A DNA stretch of 64,000 bases from NCBI GenBank assembly GCA_947466225.1, contig CANIBL010000001.1:20720-84719 (forward strand). Direction: 5' to 3'. A program made the position numbers and the translations under genes. Positions within the stretch are counted from its first letter, which is position 1. Each line of letters begins with the position of its first letter. Origin of the DNA: Deltaproteobacteria bacterium (lineage in GTDB: Bacteria; Bdellovibrionota_B; Oligoflexia; Oligoflexales; Bog-1112). Positions 8,776-18,226 of this stretch are shown one piece after another. The notes under the pieces are model-generated. The model was not told the DNA's origin, searched no databases, and saw only the letters and a program-made list of their open reading frames with translations.

Positions 8776-10689
8776 GCCGTTGCTGTGCGTGTGAGAAGGA
8801 CGGTTATGATCCCGGCTTCCGTGGCGAGGTGCATTGTCTCGGTTGCCTTGACGATGCCCATCGCGAGGTTGATCGCGGCCACCATCCCGTCTGGAGTCCC
8901 GGTATCCGCCTCGATCTCGGTTTCGATCTTGGGGGCCCTGATCTCGGCGAGGTCCACGAGAGTCAGGATAATTGCCATCGCGTCGAGCGCCCTCTCGGTT
9001 GTAGCTATCACGGTTGCGATTTGCATTGCGATCATAGGGCGGACGATTGCGGTCTTGGCCGTATGGGGGGCGATTCTGGCCGCTACCAGATTTTCTACCT
9101 GCCGTTTTTGGCTTAGGACGGAAGAAAGAGAGTACCTTGTCCACGAGGCGTACCCACCAGGAACGCTTCTCTTGTTTGCGCAAGAGCTCTTGTTGGTAGC
9201 GCTGCTGGTAGCTTTGCTCGATGGGGTCTGTACTCGAACGCGTAGGTTGAGGACGACGGGATTCTTGGGGCTGAGGACGGGGTTGTCTGGCTCGTTGTTC
9301 TCGTTCCATTTCTAGTTGGGCCTTCTTTTGTTCCCAATTTTCATCGTACTCGAATCCTCGTTTGGATTGCGGGTCGAAGCGCAGGATTTGGGAGGAAAAT
9401 GGGTTTCCTGCATGGTCAGGGGTTTGCAACCACTCGTTTGCGATCCAAGCTGGCTTGGGGCAACTCTTCCCCAGGAGCTCTTGGATGCCAACGAAGTTTT
9501 CGCCGTAGCAATCGCAGATCAAACTGTAGGCTTTGCCTTGCGCGCCGGCGCGAGCGGTACGCCCAATCCGGTGGATGTAGCTAGAAGGCTCATCTGGCAA
9601 ATCAAAGTTGTACACATGGGTAATACCGGGAATATGAAGGCCGCGGCTGGCCACATCCGTTGCGATCAAGATGTTGGTGTTGCCGGCTTTCAGATTTTTG
9701 ATCAAGCGAACTCGCTTGTTCTGAGGCAAATCTCCCGTGATGATATCTGCGGGAATCTGATTGGCGCGCAATTTGTAATGCAACCAAGCTGCAGTAAGTC
9801 GTGTATTGGTAAACACCACACTACGCTGGCCCTGGGTTTGCCGAAGGAGGTACAACAGAACTTTGATTTTTTCTGGCGCTTCACACATGAGAGCATGCTG
9901 CTCGATGCGTTCGGGTGTAATTTCTTCGTGGTTCAACGATACATACTCGGGTTCGTTGAGGTACTCGAAGATTACTTCGTCAACAGCATCGCTACTGGTC
10001 GCAGAGAAGAGAAGTTTTTGGCTTGTCGGCGCAAGCTTATCCAGGAAAAGTTCCAAATCTTGGATAAAGCCCATGTCGCACATGCGATCTACTTCATCGC
10101 AGACAAAAATTTGAATGTCTTCAAAGCGAAATGCATCTTTGGAAATAAAGTCTTTGAGCCGACCGGGTGTGGCCACGATTACCGCAGGGGTTTTCTGAAG
10201 TTCTTTGTACTGCTCATCCCAGTCCATACCGCCTACGGTCACCACATTTTTGAGTCCTAATGGGGCAAAAAGAAGGGTGAGTTCGTCCCCGATTTGCATA
10301 GCAAGTTCGCGGGTAGGGGTAATGACGAGGCCAAAGGTGGTAAGCGGAATGTCTTTGGCCTTTGCATTCAGGTAGAAATTCGCCAATGTGATGGCAAAAG
10401 CACCGGTTTTTCCGGATCCCGTTTGGGCAAAACCCGCAATGTCTCTACCGCGCAGACTGTGCGGCAAGGTCCTGGCTTGAATCGGCGTGGGGGCTGTCCA
10501 CTGGATACGGCGCAATTGCTCCATGATCTCGGGCACAACCCCGGCTTCCTCAAAAGTCTCACAGGGAGGCGGGGGAAGAGGCAGTACCAAAGTCTCAAGG
10601 AGAGGCGCTGCAGTCTCGAGAGAGGGAGACTCAGAGGGGAGTGGCGCCGCAGTCTCGAGCTTCTCTGTATCCAATTGATTTTCTTGCAT
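8707..10689 (-). CDS. DEAD-box ATP-dependent RNA helicase with a long R/D/G/N-rich C-terminal tail
   Basis: Q motif PTPIQ, motif I AQTGSGKT, motif II DEVD, motif III SAT and motif VI HRIGRTARAG are present. The last ~190 aa are low-complexity (RNRPPYGQDRNRPPYDRNANRNRD...). Confidence 0.9.
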   Translation of the reverse strand: MQENQLDTEKLETAAPLPSESPSLETAAPLLETLVLPLPPPPCETFEEAGVVPEIMEQLRRIQWTAPTPIQARTLPHSLRGRDIAGFAQTGSGKTGAFAITLANFYLNAKAKDIPLTTFGLVITPTRELAMQIGDELTLLFAPLGLKNVVTVGGMDWDEQYKELQKTPAVIVATPGRLKDFISKDAFRFEDIQIFVCDEVDRMCDMGFIQDLELFLDKLAPTSQKLLFSATSSDAVDEVIFEYLNEPEYVSLNHEEITPERIEQHALMCEAPEKIKVLLYLLRQTQGQRSVVFTNTRLTAAWLHYKLRANQIPADIITGDLPQNKRVRLIKNLKAGNTNILIATDVASRGLHIPGITHVYNFDLPDEPSSYIHRIGRTARAGAQGKAYSLICDCYGENFVGIQELLGKSCPKPAWIANEWLQTPDHAGNPFSSQILRFDPQSKRGFEYDENWEQKKAQLEMEREQRARQPRPQPQESRRPQPTRSSTDPIEQSYQQRYQQELLRKQEKRSWWVRLVDKVLSFFRPKPKTAGRKSGSGQNRPPYGQDRNRPPYDRNANRNRDSYNREGARRDGNYPDSRGPRRDQGPQDRNRDRGGYRDSRRDGGRDQPRDGHRQGNRDNAPRHGSRDHNRPSHTHSNGSHSQRSHGSDSRGHAPLKKDET

Positions 10690-10877
10690 TCTTACGTGTT
10701 TTCCTATTCGGGTAGCCTATAGCGAGCTGCATATCTGCGAAGCTCCCCTGTTGTTCTACCCATTTTGTGTCGGATGAGGGGACGCGGCCGCCTCAGATTT
10801 ATGTATACATCCCATTGTGCCGATCCCTATCAGGAAGTGCGCACAAAAACCCTACTTATGATACCGGGGGAGGCAAG

Positions 10878-11315
10878 ATGACGCAGGGCGAGGACACGAA
10901 AAGTCAACCCACAGAGGGCGCCTCTCCCCCTACTGTAGCAGATTCCCAGGTTGAAAGTACAGCACAGTCCGCGGCTGTCGCGCTAGAAGAACCGACGGTT
11001 GCTGCGGAGCGCGCGGCAGAAACCCCTGCGCGCGATGACAAGACAATAGAGGCCCCCCTGCAAGACAGAGCGTCGGAACATGTTGCTCCGGATGGAGACT
11101 GGACATATTTCCCCCCCATCACCCAGCCTGTGGCAGAAATGGTGAAGGGACGCAAAGAGACCTATTTTGAGAATTTAGAGCAAGATTTTCGTATGATAGA
11201 AGGACACTCTTTATCTGCTTTAGATCAACCCATCCATGCTGCATATCAGAATATGTGGGTAGCCGATCGAAATCTGCTTTTTACCGCTATGGTTCGCATG
11301 AAACGAAAGCTATAG
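10878..11315 (+). CDS. hypothetical protein (145 aa, acidic, disordered-looking N-terminal half)
   Basis: ATG at 10878 follows GGGGGAGG. No motif recognised. Confidence 0.45.
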   Translation: MTQGEDTKSQPTEGASPPTVADSQVESTAQSAAVALEEPTVAAERAAETPARDDKTIEAPLQDRASEHVAPDGDWTYFPPITQPVAEMVKGRKETYFENLEQDFRMIEGHSLSALDQPIHAAYQNMWVADRNLLFTAMVRMKRKL

Positions 11316-11413
11316 GCCTGCTTGCCCCCCATGCAAGCTTCAAATCCCACTAAGCCATTGCGCATCCGCGTAGATTTTTCTACACTTCCTACTCTTTCAC
11401 TAGGAGGAAGTAC

Positions 11414-12211
11414 ATGCGTTTCAAATGGTTGGGGATTTTGCCCGGTGTATTTTGTGTAGCAGGATGTTTAACAAGCTCGGATAAAAAAGAGCTGCAAGAT
11501 GAGCTTTTTGTCGCTCGAACCAAGCTACTTGCGTTGGAAAGTCGACTCAATGAGCATGGACAAAAAGGGAGCTCTACCGATCAAAAACTGGCCTCCTCTT
11601 ACGTGCAACTCGAAACCATGCATGGAGATATCCAAAAGATTCAAGGCGAGATCGATCGATTGCACATCGGGGTACAAAGCGGACGATTGCCAGGGGGAAA
11701 AGAAGAAGAAGCTGTCGTTGCCAATACCTTGCAAACCCTGCAACAAAAGGTAGCAGAGCTAGAAAAAGCCCAAGTGGAAATGCTAGGGATTCTCAGCAAG
11801 ATGAAGAACCATCATGGCGCAGAAAAAAAAACCGAAAAAGGCAAATTGAAAACGGGTGAACAACTCGAAGCAGCCTATAAAGAGAAAAAATATACCGCCA
11901 TCGTAGATGAAGTCCCCGTGTTGTTGAAGAAAAAACAACTAAAGCACGGAGACCGGGCTCATTATTTGTATGCAGAAAGTTTGTTTAAATTGGGTCGCTT
12001 AGAAGAAGCAGCCTTGGAATATGACAAGCTGTTAAAGTTTCCTGGGTTATCAACCTCTTATCCAAAAATCCAGCTGCGCTTGGGAGATTGCTTCCGACGA
12101 TTGGGAGACAAAGCCACTGCGTTGGTGTACTACGGAGAACTTACGGCAAAATCGCCCCATACACCGGAAGCGAAAGCTGCCGAAGAGCAGATCCATAAGC
12201 TAAAGAAATAA
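11414..12211 (+). CDS. CpoB/YbgF-like lipoprotein (coiled coil plus TPR)
   Basis: It has a lipobox (FCVAGC), an N-terminal heptad-like coiled-coil region and C-terminal TPR-like repeats (YLYAESLFKLGRLEEAALEY.., GDCFRRLGDKATALVYY). This architecture matches Tol-Pal-associated CpoB. Confidence 0.6.
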   Translation: MRFKWLGILPGVFCVAGCLTSSDKKELQDELFVARTKLLALESRLNEHGQKGSSTDQKLASSYVQLETMHGDIQKIQGEIDRLHIGVQSGRLPGGKEEEAVVANTLQTLQQKVAELEKAQVEMLGILSKMKNHHGAEKKTEKGKLKTGEQLEAAYKEKKYTAIVDEVPVLLKKKQLKHGDRAHYLYAESLFKLGRLEEAALEYDKLLKFPGLSTSYPKIQLRLGDCFRRLGDKATALVYYGELTAKSPHTPEAKAAEEQIHKLKK

Positions 12212-12221
12212 CGAGGCAGAT

Positions 12222-13265
12222 GTGCTAGGTCTTGGGATTGAATCGAGTTGTGATGATACCGGTATTGCCATTGTGGACGGTGAGCATCGCGTGCTGGTAT
12301 CAGAGGTGGCCTCTCAGATCGACTGCCACCGGGTTTTTGGGGGTGTTGTCCCCGAGATTGCGGCAAGAGAACACTTACAAATACTTTTGCCCCTCTATAA
12401 AAAAACCTTGGAAAAAGCTTCGATATCCATTGAAAATATCGACTACATTGCGGTGACAGCAGGACCTGGATTGGTGGGCTCTTTGTTGGTTGGGGTTTCC
12501 TTTGCAAAAGGATTGGCTTTGGCAACAGGCAAACCCTTGATTCCCGTAGATCATGTCCACGGGCATGTGCATTCTGTCTTTTTGGATGTATCATGGAGGG
12601 AGGAGGATCGCTTTCCTGCTCTTGCCTTGGTGGTGTCTGGTGGACATACCAACTTGTACTGGATGCGTACGCCTCTCGACTTTACCTTGCTTGCTTCTAC
12701 CATCGATGATGCCTGTGGAGAATCCTTCGACAAAGTAGCCAAGATGGTAGGGCTGGAATACCCGGGGGGTGCCAAGATTGAATCTTGGGCCAAACGTGGG
12801 AATCCCAAGACATATCCGATGCCCGTTATGATGAAAGACCGCAGTCAACTGCAGTTTAGCTATTCTGGACTGAAGACTCATGTAGTGTATCTGTTGCAGC
12901 GATTGCAACAAACCCATGGCACTCGCTTGCCGGATGAAGTGATTGCGGATGTGTGTGCGTCTTTTCAGGAGGAAGCTTTGGGGCAATTGATTCGAAAGAC
13001 TCAGTTGGCAGTGGGAAAATACCCTGGTGCCAAGAGTTTGCTTGTGGCAGGCGGTGTTGCAGCCAGTACTCGGTTGCGAGAGCGATTGGCACAAGAGATC
13101 TCAATACCCGCTTTTTTCCCCTCGCGTGCGAACTGTATGGATAATGCAGCCATGATCGCATGTTATGGGGGGGCTCTGTTTCGCAATCAAGGAGTCGAGG
13201 CATTTGGTGCTCTCGATTGGGATGTATATTCTCGATATCGCCCTCAAATGGGGCAGGGGGCATAA
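12222..13265 (+). CDS. tsaD: tRNA N6-adenosine threonylcarbamoyltransferase
   Basis: GIESSCDDTG and the His pair VDHVHGH are present, with Kae1/Gcp layout. GTG start. Confidence 0.93.
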   Translation: MLGLGIESSCDDTGIAIVDGEHRVLVSEVASQIDCHRVFGGVVPEIAAREHLQILLPLYKKTLEKASISIENIDYIAVTAGPGLVGSLLVGVSFAKGLALATGKPLIPVDHVHGHVHSVFLDVSWREEDRFPALALVVSGGHTNLYWMRTPLDFTLLASTIDDACGESFDKVAKMVGLEYPGGAKIESWAKRGNPKTYPMPVMMKDRSQLQFSYSGLKTHVVYLLQRLQQTHGTRLPDEVIADVCASFQEEALGQLIRKTQLAVGKYPGAKSLLVAGGVAASTRLRERLAQEISIPAFFPSRANCMDNAAMIACYGGALFRNQGVEAFGALDWDVYSRYRPQMGQGA

Positions 13266-14072
13266 ATGAAAGTAGCGTATCCGCATCGGCAAAAAAAATC
13301 GTTGTCTCAAGTGTTTCTGCACACCGATTGGCCTTGTGTCAAACTCTGTAACTTGCTCCTACAACAAGGCGTTCAACAGGTGCTCGAGATTGGGCCTGGA
13401 AAAGGCATTCTCACCCGAAAATTGGTGGAAGCAGGCCTTACGGTTACTGCAGTAGAAAAAGACGATCAACTGGCAGAATATATGACGTCGGTTGCCAGTC
13501 GATATCGAGAAAGCAACGCAGCGGGATCTCTCACCGTGGTAAACGAAGATATTCTACAGTTTGATTTATCCGCTTGGGTGAAACAACATCCAGGCAAAAA
13601 AGCCATCTGTGGCAATATTCCTTATAATATTTCTTCTCCTATTTTGTTGCACACGCTGCCGGAACTCTCTTCTGTTGAGGGTTTATTCTTTTTGGTGCAG
13701 TTAGAGTTTGCCCAACGACTTTGTTCTCCCGTGAATGAAAAAAGTTACGGAAGCCTGAGTGTCTATACCCAACTTCGGGCCAAAGCCAAGGTGGAGTACA
13801 AAGTCGAACGCACATGTTTTTACCCGGTTCCCAAAGTGGACAGTGCGGTAGTTTCTCTCTTGCCTCCGACAACGCCCCAAGAGCCCGCCATTTTAGGAAA
13901 AGTAGAGCAACTTACCCGTCAGGTGTTTCATCAACGAAGGAAAAAATTGAGTAACAGTTTGGGGTCTTTTTTGCATATGGGAAAAACACTTCCCAGCGAC
14001 ATTGATCTTTCAAGACGTTGTGACACCTTATCTCCACAAGAGTTTATCGAAATTGCCAAGGTATTTTTATAG
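13266..14072 (+). CDS. rsmA: 16S rRNA (adenine1518/1519-N6)-dimethyltransferase
   Basis: SAM motif LEIGPGKGILT and GNIPYNISSPI are present. The start directly abuts the tsaD stop. Confidence 0.9.
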   Translation: MKVAYPHRQKKSLSQVFLHTDWPCVKLCNLLLQQGVQQVLEIGPGKGILTRKLVEAGLTVTAVEKDDQLAEYMTSVASRYRESNAAGSLTVVNEDILQFDLSAWVKQHPGKKAICGNIPYNISSPILLHTLPELSSVEGLFFLVQLEFAQRLCSPVNEKSYGSLSVYTQLRAKAKVEYKVERTCFYPVPKVDSAVVSLLPPTTPQEPAILGKVEQLTRQVFHQRRKKLSNSLGSFLHMGKTLPSDIDLSRRCDTLSPQEFIEIAKVFL

Positions 14073-14093
14073 ATCAGATCGGTTTTTTTACTC

Positions 14094-14119
14094 GGTAAGC
14101 AGCTGCGCAGCTGCTTACC
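14094..14119. terminator. perfect 12-bp hairpin between convergent genes (possible terminator)
   Basis: ggtaagcagctg (14094-14105) pairs with cagctgcttacc (14108-14119). The T-run lies 5' of the stem on the + strand rather than 3', so the architecture is atypical. Confidence 0.4.
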
Positions 14120-14149
14120 CAGAGGCAAACAGAGCCCCAATAAAAACTG

Positions 14150-14605
14150 CTATCGGATCTCCTTTTCATCGGCAATGTGAATACCGATTTTCCCTAAGGG
14201 GGAAACGAAGTTGGCATCTGCCGTCCACTTGGCAACCGCTTTACGATCTTGAAAAAATTTGAATAAGGTTTTGACTGCTTGCATCGTATGAAGACGAATT
14301 GGCACTTGCAAGGTAGTCGTTGCCAATTCGCGGATCACAACCTCTTCTGTATACACGCCCTCTGCTACTATTTCGTTATGCATGGAAAGTTGGTACCGTA
14401 CATCAGCAAATCGCAGTTCAAAATCATTGGGGTTTTGTATCTCAAGCTGCGCTACAAGTTCCACGCTTTTTAGGTCAGCTCGTTTCACCTGGATTTTGAT
14501 CAGATGTACTTCCGGTTTTCTCGGCTGAATGCCCACCAACGTTTTTAATAAGGTGCATTGCATCAACATGGGCACAACGCCTAAGAGAAAAAGCACTTTT
14601 ACCAT
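14150..14605 (-). CDS. LEA_2/WHy-domain-like lipoprotein
   Basis: It has a signal/lipobox (LMQC). The pattern ...LEIQNPNDFELRF.DVRYQL..... matches the NPN-containing LEA14/WHy beta-sandwich signature. Confidence 0.55.
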   Translation of the reverse strand: MVKVLFLLGVVPMLMQCTLLKTLVGIQPRKPEVHLIKIQVKRADLKSVELVAQLEIQNPNDFELRFADVRYQLSMHNEIVAEGVYTEEVVIRELATTTLQVPIRLHTMQAVKTLFKFFQDRKAVAKWTADANFVSPLGKIGIHIADEKEIR

Positions 14606-14613
14606 ATCGTCTC

Positions 14614-16191
14614 CTAGAGCAGTTCAAGAAGGCGTTCAGCTCCAATTTCTTGCAAAAAGCTCGGCAATCTTGGACCTTGATCGCGTCCGATCAGCTTCAA
14701 GTAGATGGCAGTGAATACCTCTTTGGGTTCACAGGACACCTGGTTCACCACATGGGCCCAAAGCGCCTCATTAATGGATTTGGTATCCATTGTAGCAAGG
14801 TCAGTCTGCGAGAGGAAGGTGCGTAGCAAAGCCAACGCTTCTAGTTGTGGCGCAGAAAGGACTACCTCCACGCGCTCCCGGTGGAGCTGATAACGAAATT
14901 CACTTGGGGCATGTTTTTGTAACCACTCCCAAGCTCTTGTGGCGCGAGAGACAAAGGCAATATGAGCATCCCCAACAAAAGTAGGGTAAAAACGCTGATG
15001 GGTCTTCTCAATATCTCCATCGCATAGTTGGAGATGGTTACACAAGGCGCGGAAACCAGCTCGTTGCGGAGCCGCAGATGACGGCTCTCCCACAAGGGAA
15101 AATTCATAAATGCGGCGATTTTGTTGCCACTTCGCTTTTCCATCGGATTCGGTAAAAGCGGATCGCTCGCACTTGTCAAATTCTTCGTATACCTTGATCA
15201 CATCTTCATCAAAGGAAATAGCAAAATCGTGATTGGGTCGATGGTTGGCAAAAATCCATCGCAATACTTGCGGCTCGTATACTTCACAAACATCGCTTAT
15301 GGTGAGCAACTCACCAGAGGAAGAGCTCATCTTGCCGCTTCCGCCTTTGATTTTGACAAAGTCGTATTGCAGGTATACCGGTGGTGCGACGCCCCATACT
15401 TTTTGGATAATTTCAGCACCCGTATCAAAAGAACCACCCTCGGAGGAGTGGTCTTTGCCCCCTGGCTCAAAGTCCACTTTTTCAAAGTGCCACCGCATAG
15501 GCCAGTCTACACGCCAGCTGAGTTTCAATTGACGGGTTTGGCGAATGTCTAGGGTTTCTTCGAAGCCGCAGCTGGCGCATTTGTATTGATAGGCCCATTC
15601 ACCAGGGTAGGTTTGATAGGCCATCTCATCTTTTTGGCATTGGCTACAATATACAGCAGTGGGCAACCAGCTGTCTTCGAGGGGGGAGGTCCGGTATCGA
15701 TTCAGAATTTCTTTGATGGCTTCGGTGGCCTCCAGGGCTTGGCGAATTTCGGCGGCATAGCTGCCGCTGCTGTATTTGCTCTCTTGGTAGAGATACTCTG
15801 GGTGCATGCCGACGAGTTTGAGCTCGTCTTCAAATTGTTGGATAAATTTTTGGGCGTAGCATGTCGCTTGCCCCCATGGGTCGGGGATGCGCATGATGGG
15901 CTGGTGCAGATAGGGTGTGAAAGCAGCTGGATCTGGTAAATTTTTAGGTACCTTACGGAAGGTATCGAAATTGTCCCAGCTGTATAAAAAGCGTACGTTT
16001 TTCCCTACATCACGTAGGGCGCGCGCCACCAACGCTACGGTGAGAACTTCGCGAAAATTCCCAACGTGGACTTTACCGCTAGGGGTAATACCGCTAGAGA
16101 CGACATATTGGGGTTTATCCCCTTTCGTTTTAATGACAGAAAATGCAGTGGTATCGGCCCAATGGGAGGACAATGGTTGCGTGGGTGCCAT
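14614..16191 (-). CDS. lysK: class I lysyl-tRNA synthetase
   Basis: SGITPSGKVHVGNFREV is the HIGH-equivalent and GSGKMSSSSGE is the KMSKS-equivalent. At ~525 aa, length and layout fit class I LysRS, not class II LysS. Confidence 0.88.
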   Translation of the reverse strand: MAPTQPLSSHWADTTAFSVIKTKGDKPQYVVSSGITPSGKVHVGNFREVLTVALVARALRDVGKNVRFLYSWDNFDTFRKVPKNLPDPAAFTPYLHQPIMRIPDPWGQATCYAQKFIQQFEDELKLVGMHPEYLYQESKYSSGSYAAEIRQALEATEAIKEILNRYRTSPLEDSWLPTAVYCSQCQKDEMAYQTYPGEWAYQYKCASCGFEETLDIRQTRQLKLSWRVDWPMRWHFEKVDFEPGGKDHSSEGGSFDTGAEIIQKVWGVAPPVYLQYDFVKIKGGSGKMSSSSGELLTISDVCEVYEPQVLRWIFANHRPNHDFAISFDEDVIKVYEEFDKCERSAFTESDGKAKWQQNRRIYEFSLVGEPSSAAPQRAGFRALCNHLQLCDGDIEKTHQRFYPTFVGDAHIAFVSRATRAWEWLQKHAPSEFRYQLHRERVEVVLSAPQLEALALLRTFLSQTDLATMDTKSINEALWAHVVNQVSCEPKEVFTAIYLKLIGRDQGPRLPSFLQEIGAERLLELL

Positions 16192-16223
16192 TTCAGCGCT
16201 TCTTTCTCTGTATGAGGTAAAAC

Positions 16224-17246
16224 CTAAAGAGAGAGGTGTACGTCCTCTTTAGGGGGATGAAATACCGGCTGCACATAGGTTTCAAGGGGGTCGACGATCT
16301 GACTGCGGCCTTGATGTTTGGCCCGGTACAAAAATCGATCTGCGACACGGATCAGCTCGGTGGCAGATTCTGGCGGCTCCGCAATTCCGTGTAGGGTACT
16401 AATTCCAAAAGACGCGCTGACATGCAAGCAAAATGTGTCCCCTTGAAACTTGGTGCTTACAAGATTGGCGGAAATACGGCGAGCCAGGGAGCGGGCGCCA
16501 AGAAGGGATGTTTCGGGGAGGAGTATCACAAACTCATCGCCCCCAAAGCGAGCCGGAATGTCGATAGTACGAATGGACCGCGTAATTATCATGCCAATTT
16601 GATGGAGTACCTCGGAGCCCGTGAGGTGGTCAAAGCGATCGTTGACCTCCTTGAAATGGTCGATATCCAGCATAATGAGGGATAAAGGTTTGGCATATCG
16701 GATCGCGCGAGCAAACTCTTCTTGAATCCGCTTTTTGAAGAACCGCATGTTATAGAGTTGCGTTAACTCATCTGTGATGGTGATCTGTGCCAGCTTCGCA
16801 TTGGCCTCTCTCAGGTGATGGTTGGCGCTGGCGAGGGAGTCTGCCAGGCGGCGAACACGATTTATACCATAAATACGAGCTCTTATTTCCAGCTCAGACA
16901 GATAGATTGGGCAAAAATCATCGGCCCCTATGCTTAAGCACTTGATGGCAAACACAGGGGAGGTAGCGGTGGAGACAAACAGTATACCTGTATAGGAATG
17001 CGGATTTGGATTCGTGCGAATATATTCACACAGCTCAAGCCCTGACATATCGGGCAGGTTTACATCCAATAGAGCGATCTGCGGCTGAAACTGGGTGTAT
17101 AGAGCTTTGAACGCCGCCCCCGAGGTCACGAAACATAGATCGAAATCCTTGGCGTTTGGACCTTCTTGTAAAATTTTTCGATATAGACGTGCGGTATCAC
17201 CCTGATCATCGAAGGCCAACACGCGAGTGGGGGTATGTTCGTTCAT
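16224..17246 (-). CDS. response-regulator receiver plus GGDEF diguanylate cyclase
   Basis: The receiver has LLDVNLPDMSG and the GGDEF active site is RFGGDEF. An RxxD I-site (RTID) lies exactly 5 residues upstream of GGDEF. Confidence 0.88.
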   Translation of the reverse strand: MNEHTPTRVLAFDDQGDTARLYRKILQEGPNAKDFDLCFVTSGAAFKALYTQFQPQIALLDVNLPDMSGLELCEYIRTNPNPHSYTGILFVSTATSPVFAIKCLSIGADDFCPIYLSELEIRARIYGINRVRRLADSLASANHHLREANAKLAQITITDELTQLYNMRFFKKRIQEEFARAIRYAKPLSLIMLDIDHFKEVNDRFDHLTGSEVLHQIGMIITRSIRTIDIPARFGGDEFVILLPETSLLGARSLARRISANLVSTKFQGDTFCLHVSASFGISTLHGIAEPPESATELIRVADRFLYRAKHQGRSQIVDPLETYVQPVFHPPKEDVHLSL

Positions 17247-17334
17247 GTTGAGTATTATACGCTGCGTAGAAGTTTTTTACTGGGTCACCATCTACGAAAA
17301 TTCCCCCGGCCCCTCCTCGCCAAGGATCGGAGAC

Positions 17335-18225
17335 TCATCGTCTGCGTTGGGCCAACAACTCCACCAACTGTTGTATGCCATGTCCAAGGGGGTCGAGCTG
17401 GGCGGCGGCGGCTCGAACCTGAGTCTCATGCTGCTGCAAAATTTGCTGCGCTTGTGTAGCACCGCCCAGTCGTTGCAAAGTAAGCTTCCCCTGCTCCAAA
17501 TCTTTGTGGGGGGTTTTGCCGTTCTCCGGCGTGCCATCTAATGCATCATCTTGCAGCTGAAACCAGATGCCGAGGTTTTCTCCAAAGGTACGAAGCATCG
17601 TAAGTTGATGCACAGAGGCGTTGGCAGAAATGCCTCCCAGTACACAAGCAGCCGCCATAAGCTTGCCTGTTTTTTTGCGGTGCATATCAAGCAGCGTATC
17701 AAAGGTACCTTCGTCGCCTCCTGTACAAGCTATATCCTCAAACTGCCCCAATACCATTCCACCTCCACCGATGGCCCGTGCCAGCTCCAGACTCATTGCC
17801 AGATATTGGGTGGAGGAAAGATCAGAGGGGTACCCCAAAGCTTGACCCAGATCTGGATCAAAGAGCGAGAAGGCATCAGAAAGCAGTGCATCGCCTGTGA
17901 GAAGTGCGGTGGATTCGGAAAATTGTACGTGTACGGTAGCCCGACCTCGGCGGAGGGTATCATTGTCCAAGGTTGGCAAGTCATCGTGTACAAGGCTATA
18001 GGTGTGCACCAACTCCACTGCCAATGCAGGGAGTATAGCATGATCGGGATTGCCTCCACAGGCTTGGTTGCTCAGTGTCACCAGAAGCGGACGGACGCGT
18101 TTGCCCCCGCCTTGCAAGGCGTAGGTACAGGCGCGATGTAAATCTGAGTCTCCCCCGTAGGTGTGCCGGCAGAATCTCTCGAGGGACATGTGAAAGATTT
18201 CTTGCCTGGCAGCAAATGCATTCAT
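17335..18225 (-). CDS. polyprenyl (farnesyl/geranylgeranyl) diphosphate synthase
   Basis: FARM is LVHDDLPTLDND and SARM is QLQDDALD. I moved the start to ATG 18225 (AAGGAG 5 nt upstream), one base after the mvaD stop. The track's longer ORF overlaps mvaD. Confidence 0.85.
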   Translation of the reverse strand: MNAFAARQEIFHMSLERFCRHTYGGDSDLHRACTYALQGGGKRVRPLLVTLSNQACGGNPDHAILPALAVELVHTYSLVHDDLPTLDNDTLRRGRATVHVQFSESTALLTGDALLSDAFSLFDPDLGQALGYPSDLSSTQYLAMSLELARAIGGGGMVLGQFEDIACTGGDEGTFDTLLDMHRKKTGKLMAAACVLGGISANASVHQLTMLRTFGENLGIWFQLQDDALDGTPENGKTPHKDLEQGKLTLQRLGGATQAQQILQQHETQVRAAAAQLDPLGHGIQQLVELLAQRRR

Positions 18226-18226
18226 A

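Noticed and set aside
8785-10260. Long plus-strand ORFs (8785-9315, 9316-10260 and others) opposite the DEAD-box helicase gene.
   Set aside because: They are antisense shadow frames of a gene with unambiguous helicase motifs. They have low-complexity or motif-free translations and no RBS. The same reasoning applies to 57917-58774 (opposite the ppiD-like gene), 17551-18141 (opposite the polyprenyl synthase), 19622-20080 (opposite the GHMP kinase), 12591-13094 (opposite tsaD) and 175-450 (opposite the edge gene).
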